A stretch of 64,000 bases of DNA, from positions 37,256 through 101,255 of the IMG/VR virus record IMGVR_UViG_3300035670_000078; one strand, written 5' to 3'. The position numbers and the translations under genes were made by a program. This stretch comes from a virus. The notes under the pieces were generated by a model. The model searched no databases, was not told where the DNA came from, and saw nothing but the letters and a program-made list of their open reading frames with translations. Positions 8,602 to 17,620 of this stretch are shown one piece after another (position 1 is the first letter of the stretch; every line of letters begins with the position of its first letter).

Positions 8602-9834
8602 GTGAAGTACAGTAGTGCAACAGGTTTTGTTCGTATCGACGGTGTCGAGTCGCTTTTCAACGTCTCCGAAGACGGAAGTATCTACCTCTCCGTGAAGCTC
8701 GACAATTTCGACAAGGCGATCGAGTGGCTCAAGAGCCTCGAGGGCGAGGTCGCTCAGCCAGTCGAGAAGGTTGAGAAGCCTAAGAAGGTCAAGCCGCCTG
8801 AGCCTGTAGTCGAGGCACCTGCGCCAGCCCCGGCACCCGAGCCTCCAAAAGAGACGGTCGAGATCCTCTTCAACGTCGTCGAAAAGGCCGTGCCCGAGCC
8901 CGTGAAGCTGCCCGAGCCTGTGGAGGTCGTCGCGGCGGTTGTCGAGCCTCAGCTTGATCTCTTCAAGCCTGCGCCAGAGCCCGAGCCAGTGGAGCCCGAG
9001 CCCGAAAAGTTCGAGGCGCCGTCCGAGACCTCTGACGCTCCCCAGCCGAAAAGGCGTGGTCGCCCTCCCGGATCCAAGAATAAGGTGCGCGAGGCTCAGG
9101 CGTCAGAAGACGCTCCGCTGAGGATTCCTGCTCCGGCAAAGCCTATCGAGAGCCTGCCCATTACTAAGCTGGTGACTCCGGCCAAGATCGAGGAGGTGCG
9201 GAAAGCCACCGAGGTTGGTCTCGTTATCCGCCGGGTCCTCAAGATGGAGAACACCTCTTTCCCGATTGAGGTCCGTCCTGCTGGCCTTGGTTGGTCGGCA
9301 AGCTGCCCGCAGCTGCCTGATCTCCAGGGCGTCGGCACGAACGAGACGGACGCGGTGAACGACCTCCGCATGGCTATCGCTGACTGGCACAGCGCTATGC
9401 AGAAGCAGGCCGCCAAGTCGGCGGCTGCTGCGGCCGCTGGCCTGCCTGTCGAGCCTGAGCCGGTCAAGCTCACCCCGAGGGAGAAGATGGTCACGATCCA
9501 TCCCACCCCCGAGGCAGCGCAGGCCATCCCGCCCGTGTACGATTCGCTCGAGGACCTCGGCGACGAGTGCGTGAAGTGTCAGAGCCCCGGTGAGGCTGTC
9601 CGTCTCGCCATCTTCTTCCACTTCGACAACAACGCTGAGCATCTCAGCAAGCCCTACGAGGCTCTGCTCAAGTACACCGCGACGTACATGACGAGCATCT
9701 GGCCCCGCGTTCCGGCGCTTCAGGGCAAGAAGATCCGCTCGCCAGAGAAGCAGCTCGACCTCGCGCGCACGTACCTCGACCAGTACCTCCGCGTTAAGAA
9801 CGGCAAGTCGCCTGTCGGCAACGACGAGGATTGA
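8602..9834 (+). CDS. Pro/Glu-rich protein with AT-hook and HicB-like domain
   Basis: KRRGRPPGSKNK at 9049-9084; FPIEV..GWSASCPQLPDLQGVGTNETDAVNDLRMAIADW at 9259-9390. Confidence 0.7.
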   Translation: MKYSSATGFVRIDGVESLFNVSEDGSIYLSVKLDNFDKAIEWLKSLEGEVAQPVEKVEKPKKVKPPEPVVEAPAPAPAPEPPKETVEILFNVVEKAVPEPVKLPEPVEVVAAVVEPQLDLFKPAPEPEPVEPEPEKFEAPSETSDAPQPKRRGRPPGSKNKVREAQASEDAPLRIPAPAKPIESLPITKLVTPAKIEEVRKATEVGLVIRRVLKMENTSFPIEVRPAGLGWSASCPQLPDLQGVGTNETDAVNDLRMAIADWHSAMQKQAAKSAAAAAAGLPVEPEPVKLTPREKMVTIHPTPEAAQAIPPVYDSLEDLGDECVKCQSPGEAVRLAIFFHFDNNAEHLSKPYEALLKYTATYMTSIWPRVPALQGKKIRSPEKQLDLARTYLDQYLRVKNGKSPVGNDED

Positions 9835-9837
9835 GAA

Positions 9838-12834
9838 ATGCGCACGGTCAACCTCTACCCGAACCACGTAGACACAGCGCCCATTCTTCAGGATGGCGCT
9901 TGGCCTCTCAACGAGCCTAAGAAATCAATCTTCAAGGTCACCGCCAAGGGGGGTGAGAAGCTGGTAGGGTTGATCGGCGACGGTTGCACCATGTGCAGCC
10001 GCTCGAAGAAGCGCATGGAAGACACGATCCAGAAGCCGCGCCTGCTCCGGGGTAAGAAGCCGGAGCAGGGCCGCGTTCTGTGTGTCTTCAGCTACCTGAC
10101 CTACGGCGCATCGGTCGACAGCATGGTCAACCTCATCAGGAGCCAAGGCTTCGAGGGTGACCTGCTGCTCGACCTCTGCATCCGTTGCGGGCCGGGTAAC
10201 GTCACAGACAGTCAGATAAATCAGTGCGGAAACTACTTGAGGATGTCCTACAAGCAGTTCAAGCCTGACAGGATTCTTTGCTTCGGAACGACCGCCGCCA
10301 AGACCGTCCTCGGTATGGCGGTGCCGTCGTGGACGAACCGTTGGTGCTGGACGACCATCCCCGCTGAGGCGGTCACGGACGACGATGGCGTCGTCTCCGA
10401 TAAGCGCGTGCCGGTCGTGTCCTTGATGGACCCCGCCAACTTCAATAAATCAAAGGTGCACCGGGAAATCATAAGCGCCGAGGTCGATTGGGCGCTCACC
10501 TCCAATTTCCCGGACCACCGCCCTGTAGGAATCGCCTACATCCTCGAGACCGAGGATGACCTGCCTCTTCTCGAGCAGTGGGTCGAGCGTGTCAGGCAGA
10601 CCACAGGATGGATTGCCTACGACGTCGAGACGAACGGGGTCATGCACAACCCCGACTTTTCCATCATCATGTGCTCGGTCGCGGCCACCTCTATCCCGCA
10701 CGTCATTCTGTGGGACCAAGAGTCTCTCAAGAACAAGGCGCTGCTCGACCGGCTCACCGAACTCCTGACCGACGGAACGATCAGGAAGCGTGGGGCGAAC
10801 GAGAAGTACGACGCCCTCTCGTGGCTCATCTGGAAAGGTATAGAGGTAACGCCCGTCGATGGTGACTGCCGCCTTGAGATGAAGCTCGCCAACGCCGATT
10901 CAAAGGCCGACCTCGAATCCATGGGCTTCTACGTGGGCGTAAATGCGCACAAGTCGGAAGCGAAAGAGTGGATGGAGATGGCCGTGGTGAAGGCCAAGGA
11001 GGACCTCGATCCTGACCTTGAGGGCGTCAACGCCAAGGCCTACGCCTACAAGTACCTGCCTTCCGAGGTTCTCGCCCGATATAACGGGCTGGACACGAAG
11101 GTCACCGCCGCTGTGTGCCAGCACGCACGGTCATCCCTCGGGCCGCTGGAAAATACGCTCCACCGCCTCGTCCTTCCCGCCTCTGAGCTATTTAAGCGGA
11201 TCGAGTACAAGGGGATGATGGTCGACACCAAGGGCATCGAGGCGGCCCGCCTTTTCCTCGAGACCGAGATCGCCAACCTCGCCCCGAGGTTCGCACGGGA
11301 AAACCTCGACCCCGACAAGCCCGAAACGATTCGAGCGTGGCTTGAGCACATGGGGATCGCGTCGCCCATCAAGACCGACACCGGGCTCGCCAGCACGAAC
11401 GCCAAAGCCCTCAAGCTCATCGAGGGCAAGAACGAGCTGATCGCGTCGATCCTGCATCACCGCAAGCTCGCTAAGCTGCTGTCGAGCTACGCCGATACCC
11501 TGCCCGGATATATTCGGGCCGACGGTCGGGTGCACCCGAGCTTCCTTCTGGATGGCGCCCGGTCGGGCCGATTGAGTTGCATCGCAGGCGACTGTGAGAT
11601 GCTTACAGAGCACGGCTGGATTCGCATGGCTGTGCTCAAAGAGCTTCTCGCCTGGAAGAAAGTACATACCGTCACACACCAGAATAAGTGGCAGCAAGTT
11701 GTTGATTGTTGGTCTAACGGTGTCCGGCCTACGGTGGTTGTCAAAACGTCAGGCGGAAAAGAGATCCGCGTTACGCCTGACCACAAGCTCTACACATACG
11801 GCTCCGGTGCAGGGTCGTGGGTAGAAGCTAAGGACGCCAAGGGTAAGCTGGTTCTGGTCAACAACATGGTAAACAAGTCGGCGGCCAGGGTTCCGGCCTA
11901 CGACAAAGTTGTCGATATAGTTGATGCGGGAGAGTGCGAAGTTTTCGACTTCACTGTCGAGAACGATCATTCGGCGTGCATCGAGGGCCTCTTCGCCCAC
12001 AACTGCACGTCGCCCGCCCTGCAGACAATACCTTCACGCGGAGACATGGCTAAGCTGATCAAGAACTGCTTCGTGGCCTCTTCCGGCTACAAGCTGGTCG
12101 CGCTCGACTTCTCCATCCTCGAGATCCGTATCGCAGCGGTCCTGTCAGAGGACCCTGACATGGCCCTCGCCGCGCAGACCGACTTCCACACGGAGACAGC
12201 CAAGTCGCTCGCCCACCTCGCTTGGAACATGACTGCGGAAGCTGTCGAAGCGGAGATCAAGGGCGGCAACAAGAGCAAGCGTGACGTGTCCAAGACCCTC
12301 GGCTTCGCGATCCTTTACGGCGCCGGTGCTCAGAGCATCGCCGAGCGGGTCGGCTGCTCTGAGGCTGCAGCCGACAAGCTCATCAACGGCTTCCTCACGA
12401 AGTACAAGCGGCTGAAGGCGTGGATGCGCGAGCAGGTGGACTTCGCCCGCAAGCACGCTGCGGTGGATATCCCGTGGCTCGATGGTTCCATCGGGCGCCG
12501 CCGCCCTCTGCTTAACATTCACTCAGCTGACAAGGGTGAGCGGGGTAATGCTGAGCGCGCTGCAGTAAATAGCCCTATTCAAAGCCTTGCTAGCGACATC
12601 TGTCTTAGCTCCGCTGTTAAGATTGATGCTTGGTATAGGGCTAATTCTATCCCTGCAAACATAGTTTGCTTGGTTCACGACTCAATTATTTCTGAGGTGC
12701 GCGAAGATTTTGTTGACGAGGTCACCAAAACTAAGGCACACATGATGACGTCCTGGCCGACAGGACTTGTCCCGCTCAAGGTTGAAGCTGAAATAGGCTA
12801 TGCCTGGGGCTCAATGAAGAAGGTGGATGTGTGA
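9838..12834 (+). CDS. polA: family A DNA polymerase with N-terminal UDG-like domain, 3'-5' exonuclease and intein
   Basis: ExoI AYDVET, ExoII NEKYD, ExoIII YNGLD, SGRLS, motif A DFSILEIR, motif B KRDVSKTLGFAILYG, NSPIQS, motif C VHDS. Confidence 0.95.
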   Translation: MRTVNLYPNHVDTAPILQDGAWPLNEPKKSIFKVTAKGGEKLVGLIGDGCTMCSRSKKRMEDTIQKPRLLRGKKPEQGRVLCVFSYLTYGASVDSMVNLIRSQGFEGDLLLDLCIRCGPGNVTDSQINQCGNYLRMSYKQFKPDRILCFGTTAAKTVLGMAVPSWTNRWCWTTIPAEAVTDDDGVVSDKRVPVVSLMDPANFNKSKVHREIISAEVDWALTSNFPDHRPVGIAYILETEDDLPLLEQWVERVRQTTGWIAYDVETNGVMHNPDFSIIMCSVAATSIPHVILWDQESLKNKALLDRLTELLTDGTIRKRGANEKYDALSWLIWKGIEVTPVDGDCRLEMKLANADSKADLESMGFYVGVNAHKSEAKEWMEMAVVKAKEDLDPDLEGVNAKAYAYKYLPSEVLARYNGLDTKVTAAVCQHARSSLGPLENTLHRLVLPASELFKRIEYKGMMVDTKGIEAARLFLETEIANLAPRFARENLDPDKPETIRAWLEHMGIASPIKTDTGLASTNAKALKLIEGKNELIASILHHRKLAKLLSSYADTLPGYIRADGRVHPSFLLDGARSGRLSCIAGDCEMLTEHGWIRMAVLKELLAWKKVHTVTHQNKWQQVVDCWSNGVRPTVVVKTSGGKEIRVTPDHKLYTYGSGAGSWVEAKDAKGKLVLVNNMVNKSAARVPAYDKVVDIVDAGECEVFDFTVENDHSACIEGLFAHNCTSPALQTIPSRGDMAKLIKNCFVASSGYKLVALDFSILEIRIAAVLSEDPDMALAAQTDFHTETAKSLAHLAWNMTAEAVEAEIKGGNKSKRDVSKTLGFAILYGAGAQSIAERVGCSEAAADKLINGFLTKYKRLKAWMREQVDFARKHAAVDIPWLDGSIGRRRPLLNIHSADKGERGNAERAAVNSPIQSLASDICLSSAVKIDAWYRANSIPANIVCLVHDSIISEVREDFVDEVTKTKAHMMTSWPTGLVPLKVEAEIGYAWGSMKKVDV
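11578..12003 (+). mobile_element. mini-intein (142 aa) in polA, no homing endonuclease
   Basis: Starts CIAGDCEML, block B VTPDHKL, block F VFDFTV, ends AHN followed by +1 Cys; removal restores GRLS-CTSPALQTIP. Confidence 0.93.
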
Positions 12835-13241
12835 GCAACCAATTTGTGGCAGTCATCGACAGCGAAAAGATCAAGCAAGAGATGGCTACTCTTCCAGGCG
12901 ACTACGCCTCGGTTGTAGAGGAGCTTGCCAAAGCGCGTGTTTCCCGTGCGCGTGCAGAGCAGGAGCTTAAGATGCTCCGCTTTGTTGTTGAAAAGCACGA
13001 GCGCGACCTGTACAAGAACGGCATCGTCGACAAGAAACCGACGGAAGATGCTATCAAGATGGAAGTTGCCTTGCACCCGAAGGTCAAGGTAGCTCAGGAA
13101 GTGCTTCTCGAAGCAGAGGAGAAGTGCTACCTGCTGGAGGCTAAGAAAGAAGCCTTCAACTGCAAGCGCGATATGTTGGTGTCCCTCTCGGCCCTTCAGC
13201 GCGCTGAACTCGATACTCTGCGTTTCTCTGGCGCCCGCTAA
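12831..13241 (+). CDS. UvsY-like recombination mediator
   Basis: All-helical 136 aa, KKPTEDAIK...EAFNCKRDMLVSLSALQRAE pattern, located directly before the SSB. Confidence 0.6.
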   Translation: MSNQFVAVIDSEKIKQEMATLPGDYASVVEELAKARVSRARAEQELKMLRFVVEKHERDLYKNGIVDKKPTEDAIKMEVALHPKVKVAQEVLLEAEEKCYLLEAKKEAFNCKRDMLVSLSALQRAELDTLRFSGAR

Positions 13242-13271
13242 CCAACACTGTCTCAACGAAAGGTGTGAACT

Positions 13272-14147
13272 ATGTCCTACGATTACTTTGGTGAACTCGA
13301 CGCTGCGACCCTCAAGAGCCAGGAGAAGGCCGACCGCTCCGCTTTCGGCAACTCCAAGTACCTGTCGTGGAAGGAAGGCCCTGCCTCCCGCCACCTGCGC
13401 TTCTACGCGCGCCGTGGTGAGGTTCCGTTCCTCCCGTCCAAGACCCACTGGTTCGATGACATGGGCGACGGCAAGGGCGGCTCGATGGTCTGCCGCACCC
13501 TCATTGGCGAGCACTGCCCGGTCTGCGACTTTGCGGCGAAGCTCTCGATGACTGGCAAGGCTGAGGACCAGAAGCTCGCTGACCGTATCAAGGCGGGCAG
13601 CGAATATCTGGCCAACGTCGAGGATGTCACCTGCGACCCCGGCTCGGTGAAGATCATGCGGGTCAAGCTGACCCTCTACAAGCTCCTCATCGGCACCGAC
13701 GAGAAGAGCCGCCTCACCAGCCTGCATCACCGCCTCGGTGACTTCACGCACCCGCAGAACGGCTACCTCATCGAGGTGTCCAAGTACGAGACCTCGCCGT
13801 GGTACACCGCTCAGGCCGCTATCAGCCGCGAGACCGGCGGCATTGTCCGCGCTCCCGCCAAGATTGAACTCGGTCCTAAGCTCCACGAGCTGAAGAACGA
13901 GGTCGTTGTGGGTGACGTCGATCTGGCTCTCGGCATGGTAGATTACCTCGAGGGCAAAGGCCCCGGTATCCGCACTAAGGACGGTGGCAACAGCAACCGT
14001 TCCGCCCCGCGCCTGGCTGGGAACCGTCCGAACCTCGGCGGTTCTCAGCTGGGGCTGGGCAATCAGCAGGCGCCTGCTTCTCGCGGACCCCGCGCGCAGG
14101 ATACCGTCAACGCCAAGATTGACGACTCATTCTTCTCTGAGGACTGA
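13272..14147 (+). CDS. gp32-like single-stranded DNA-binding protein
   Basis: Zn ligands THW..MVC..HCPVC, YLANV, DFTHPQNGY, acidic/aromatic tail DDSFFSED. Confidence 0.85.
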   Translation: MSYDYFGELDAATLKSQEKADRSAFGNSKYLSWKEGPASRHLRFYARRGEVPFLPSKTHWFDDMGDGKGGSMVCRTLIGEHCPVCDFAAKLSMTGKAEDQKLADRIKAGSEYLANVEDVTCDPGSVKIMRVKLTLYKLLIGTDEKSRLTSLHHRLGDFTHPQNGYLIEVSKYETSPWYTAQAAISRETGGIVRAPAKIELGPKLHELKNEVVVGDVDLALGMVDYLEGKGPGIRTKDGGNSNRSAPRLAGNRPNLGGSQLGLGNQQAPASRGPRAQDTVNAKIDDSFFSED

Positions 14148-14229
14148 GTCGTTTTCGGCTCCGACTGCTAACCGGCTTGCGAGATTGCTGAAGCGTGTGA
14201 CTGGGAGGCGGTAGCAGTCGGAAGTCTTA

Positions 14230-14270
14230 GCCCGCAGCTTGGAAGCTCTGTCCAAGCTGCCGGCTTTTTT
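14230..14270 (+). terminator. intrinsic terminator
   Basis: GCAGCTTGGA/TCCAAGCTGC stem, GCC/GGC flank, T6. Confidence 0.8.
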
Positions 14271-14281
14271 ATGGGGGACGC

Positions 14282-15334
14282 ATGATTATCGCAGTCGTAG
14301 CTGACGTTCACGTCGGCAACCACACAGCATTTTCAGGCGAGACTGTGGGGCGGATGAACGAGCGGTGCCGCTCGATTATCAAGACGCTCGACCTCGCTTT
14401 CGAGGCGGCTCACGAAGCGTTTGCCAGCGATTTTGTCATCGCAGGCGACCTGTTCGACACGGACCATCCCTACCCGGACATGATCGGTGCCGTCCTCGAG
14501 GTTTTCCTGAAGTGGAAGGCCAAGGGCATGAACATCCATCTGCTGGTCGGCAACCATGACCAGCACAGCTCCGCGCCGGGGGATAATGCGCTCACACCGT
14601 TCAAGTCGATTGCGGCTGTGTACGAAGAGCCGTTCGTTCTCGAGCGCGAACCGTGCATCCTGTTCCTTCCCTACGGTCACAAGCTACCGGACCGGGTCGA
14701 GGGCGTTGACTACGTGATCGCCCACCACGGCATCGCCGACGACGCCACGCACCCGATTAAGGCGAGCGCGCCGTTTGTCAGGAAGGCCAAGGACCTTCAA
14801 GCTTGGATGGATACCAACGAGGTGTCCGGCTACCTGTCGGGCGACTGGCACGAGCATCAGCGCTGGGGGAATATCATCCAGATAGGCGCCCTCGCTCCTG
14901 TGAACTGGACCAACCGAGCCTACGTCCCGAAGAAATACGATCCCTACGGGTCGGTCATCTTCGCCGATTTCGGTTCGCTCAAGCGGCAGGTCATCCACGG
15001 GCCGCGATTCATGCGCGCTGACACTAGCGCGGAAGCTCTGTTGCTTTACAATAAGGCTACGGCGGAAGGAATGTGGCCGTACATCGACCTTATTGCTGAG
15101 GCTGTTGACCTGCCAAAGCACGTGATGCAGCAGGTGCGGGTCAGCCCTTCCGCTGTGCAAAAGGAAGCTCAGGTCGCAAAGGTGGCTGAAGCCCTGCGGA
15201 CCGGCGCCTCCCTAGAGGATGAAATCAGAGAGTACGTGGACAACGACCCAGACACGCCCGCTGAACTGAAGGCGCAGGTTGTCGAGGCCACGATTAAATC
15301 TATCAGAAGGGCTAAAGCCCAGGATACGGGGTGA
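14282..15334 (+). CDS. sbcD: SbcD/Mre11/gp47-like metallophosphoesterase nuclease
   Basis: ADVHVG, AGDLFD, VGNHD, AHHG, GDWH motifs. Confidence 0.9.
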   Translation: MIIAVVADVHVGNHTAFSGETVGRMNERCRSIIKTLDLAFEAAHEAFASDFVIAGDLFDTDHPYPDMIGAVLEVFLKWKAKGMNIHLLVGNHDQHSSAPGDNALTPFKSIAAVYEEPFVLEREPCILFLPYGHKLPDRVEGVDYVIAHHGIADDATHPIKASAPFVRKAKDLQAWMDTNEVSGYLSGDWHEHQRWGNIIQIGALAPVNWTNRAYVPKKYDPYGSVIFADFGSLKRQVIHGPRFMRADTSAEALLLYNKATAEGMWPYIDLIAEAVDLPKHVMQQVRVSPSAVQKEAQVAKVAEALRTGASLEDEIREYVDNDPDTPAELKAQVVEATIKSIRRAKAQDTG

Positions 15335-15915
15335 ACATGTCTGACTTGTGGATCAGTGTTGACGCGGCGGCGAATACCGGTGTGTGCGTGTGGGACGGAA
15401 AGGAGCCTCTCTGTCTTTATGACGTGTGGGTGACCAAGGCCGGTAGGCCGATGTGCACCGCGCTCCCCATTCCCGGCAAAGAGAAGCACAAGTACAACAA
15501 GAGCGTCTCCGTTGACGCCTCTGCCTACCACAAGGTGGCCGGCGCCTCCCTTCGTGGGGTGTGGGAGCTAATCAGCTGCGACGGCGACATCAAGCATCTG
15601 GTCATGGAGCGCTCGAGCTTCAAGAGCCAGAAGTCGACGATGCTCATGGGCGAGATGCGCGGCAAGATCATCGCCTTTCTTGGAGCCGAGGAGCCCGGAG
15701 GACCGGAGCTTCACTTCGTAGATCCTAACACTTGGCATGACGCCTCGAAGCAGATCTACGAGGTCGTCTGGCCTAAGGGCGACAATGGCAAGCTCGGTAA
15801 GGAGGTCAGCGTGAAGCTCGCCGAGCGCGCCCTCAAGGTGCGCCCCACTTCCGACGATCAGGCCGATGCCTATCACGTCGGTCGATGGTTCCTTGAGTGC
15901 GGGGGTCTTCTGTGA
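15331..15915 (+). CDS. RuvC-like Holliday junction resolvase
   Basis: ISVDAAANTGVC, LVME, VDPNTWH, SDDQADAY. Confidence 0.75.
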   Translation: MNMSDLWISVDAAANTGVCVWDGKEPLCLYDVWVTKAGRPMCTALPIPGKEKHKYNKSVSVDASAYHKVAGASLRGVWELISCDGDIKHLVMERSSFKSQKSTMLMGEMRGKIIAFLGAEEPGGPELHFVDPNTWHDASKQIYEVVWPKGDNGKLGKEVSVKLAERALKVRPTSDDQADAYHVGRWFLECGGLL

Positions 15916-17303
15916 GGTTGGTACTTCACAACACCTACGCCGAGGTCGAGGGGTTTGATGACGATGAGGAGCCGACGCTGCTCCGCTCGATCCTCACCTT
16001 CGAGACGAAACAGTGGGTGCCGAGGATGCGACAGTTCGTCCCAGCCCGGCTGCCCATGCTCGATGAGCGCCGCATGACTTTCCCCATCGGCCACACGCCG
16101 ACCGTGCGGATGCTTTTCTCGCAGGAAGGCAAAACCGTGACGGTCACGAGTGCACGCACTCGTCCGGGCGGTGAGCTGAACCTCAAGGTGCTCGACGACC
16201 TCGGTAAGGTCCCCCGGCCTTTTCAGCGCGCCGCCATCGAAAAGGTGATGGCCAGATCCTATGGGATCGTGAAGGCGCCGCTCGGCTCGGGAAAAACGCT
16301 GTGCGCTGTCGGCTGCATGGCGGTCGCTGGTGATATCAACTGGGTCGTCTTCTGCCCGAAGGACACCCTCGTCGATCAGATGGCGGCTGAGTACGAAGCT
16401 GCGCTGGCCGAAAAGCCGGGGATGATCAAGCAGGGCTGCTTCAAGCCGAAGCGCGTCACGATCATCACCTTCAGCCAAGCCCGCTCGAAATGGGAGCAGG
16501 TGAAGCCGATCCTCGAGAAGGCGCAGGGAATTATCGTCGACGAGGTCCACACGGCCAGCGCGGCGAGCCATCTGCAGGCAATCAAAGCCTGCACCAACGC
16601 CTACTACCGGGTCGGCTTCTCAGCCACCCCGCTCGACCGCTCTGACGAAAAGAGCATCCTCGCCATCGGTGAGTTCGGTCCCATCGCTTACGAGATCAGC
16701 ACGACCGAGCTGATGGACCTCGGCTATGTCGCCAAGCCGAAGATCAAGTTCGTGAGCTTCTTCCACGCAGAGGACGGGAAAGCCGCGAGATATTCCGAGC
16801 CCGCTGCCCTTTACCGGCACTGCATCGTCAAGAACGACAAGCGGAACGAGCTGCTGGCGCGCATCGCTGTCAAGGCGCAGAAGCCCAGCATCCTTTTCGT
16901 TCTTCGCAACGAGCACGTCAGCATGGTGCACGAGAAGATCAGCGCCGCAGGAATATCCGCAGCGTCGGTCGACCAACGCACCCACCCGGAAAGGCGTCAG
17001 GAGATAATCGCCAAGACCCGCAAGGGTGAGTTCGACGTGATCGTGGCGTCGGCTGTGTTTAATGACGGCGTCAACATCCCTGAATTGGCGTCTGTCATCG
17101 TCGCCACCGGATATAAGTCCACCATCGCCACCCTTCAGCGTCTAGGGCGCGGGGCGCGCATCGCAGAGGGAAAGACCGAGTTCGAGGTGTGGGATATTGG
17201 TGACACGGGCGCCTTCGGAAGCCTTCACACTCAAGCCCGTGATAAGGCTTACAAGCGTGAGGGTTACGAGACGCAATTCATCCAAGCCGGAGACCTGAAA
17301 TGA
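15912..17303 (+). CDS. SF2 DExH helicase (UvsW-like)
   Basis: PRPFQ, APLGSGKT, VDEVH, SATP, DGVNIPEL, QRLGRGAR; GTGA overlap with upstream stop. Confidence 0.92.
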   Translation: MRLVLHNTYAEVEGFDDDEEPTLLRSILTFETKQWVPRMRQFVPARLPMLDERRMTFPIGHTPTVRMLFSQEGKTVTVTSARTRPGGELNLKVLDDLGKVPRPFQRAAIEKVMARSYGIVKAPLGSGKTLCAVGCMAVAGDINWVVFCPKDTLVDQMAAEYEAALAEKPGMIKQGCFKPKRVTIITFSQARSKWEQVKPILEKAQGIIVDEVHTASAASHLQAIKACTNAYYRVGFSATPLDRSDEKSILAIGEFGPIAYEISTTELMDLGYVAKPKIKFVSFFHAEDGKAARYSEPAALYRHCIVKNDKRNELLARIAVKAQKPSILFVLRNEHVSMVHEKISAAGISAASVDQRTHPERRQEIIAKTRKGEFDVIVASAVFNDGVNIPELASVIVATGYKSTIATLQRLGRGARIAEGKTEFEVWDIGDTGAFGSLHTQARDKAYKREGYETQFIQAGDLK

Positions 17304-17605
17304 TCGGACCTGAAGACGATGACGATATCGATCTCCCTGAGGACCTCGACGACATTGACGACGAGGACCTCCTCAAGTTCGAGTTCACCGAAGAGGAGTT
17401 CGACGACGAGTCAGTCTTCCAAGATGATGACGACTACTCGCCGCCAGACGAAGAGGACGACCTAGATTCCTTCTTCGAGGATGATGACGAGCCCGAAGAG
17501 GAAGCAGAGGACGAAGACGAGAATGAGCCCGACCTCGATGAAGACTCAGACCTCGAGGATGAAGAAGAGGACGAGGATGATGACGACGATGAAGACTACA
17601 ACTGA
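17300..17605 (+). CDS. extremely acidic protein (101 aa)
   Basis: About 64 of 101 residues are D/E with one Lys; ATGA overlap with the helicase stop. Confidence 0.75.
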   Translation: MIGPEDDDDIDLPEDLDDIDDEDLLKFEFTEEEFDDESVFQDDDDYSPPDEEDDLDSFFEDDDEPEEEAEDEDENEPDLDEDSDLEDEEEDEDDDDDEDYN

Positions 17606-17620
17606 TTGAGCATCCATGGC

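Noticed and set aside
12798-13886. 362-aa - strand ORF
   Set aside because: Antisense to the UvsY-like and SSB genes, which carry recognisable motifs
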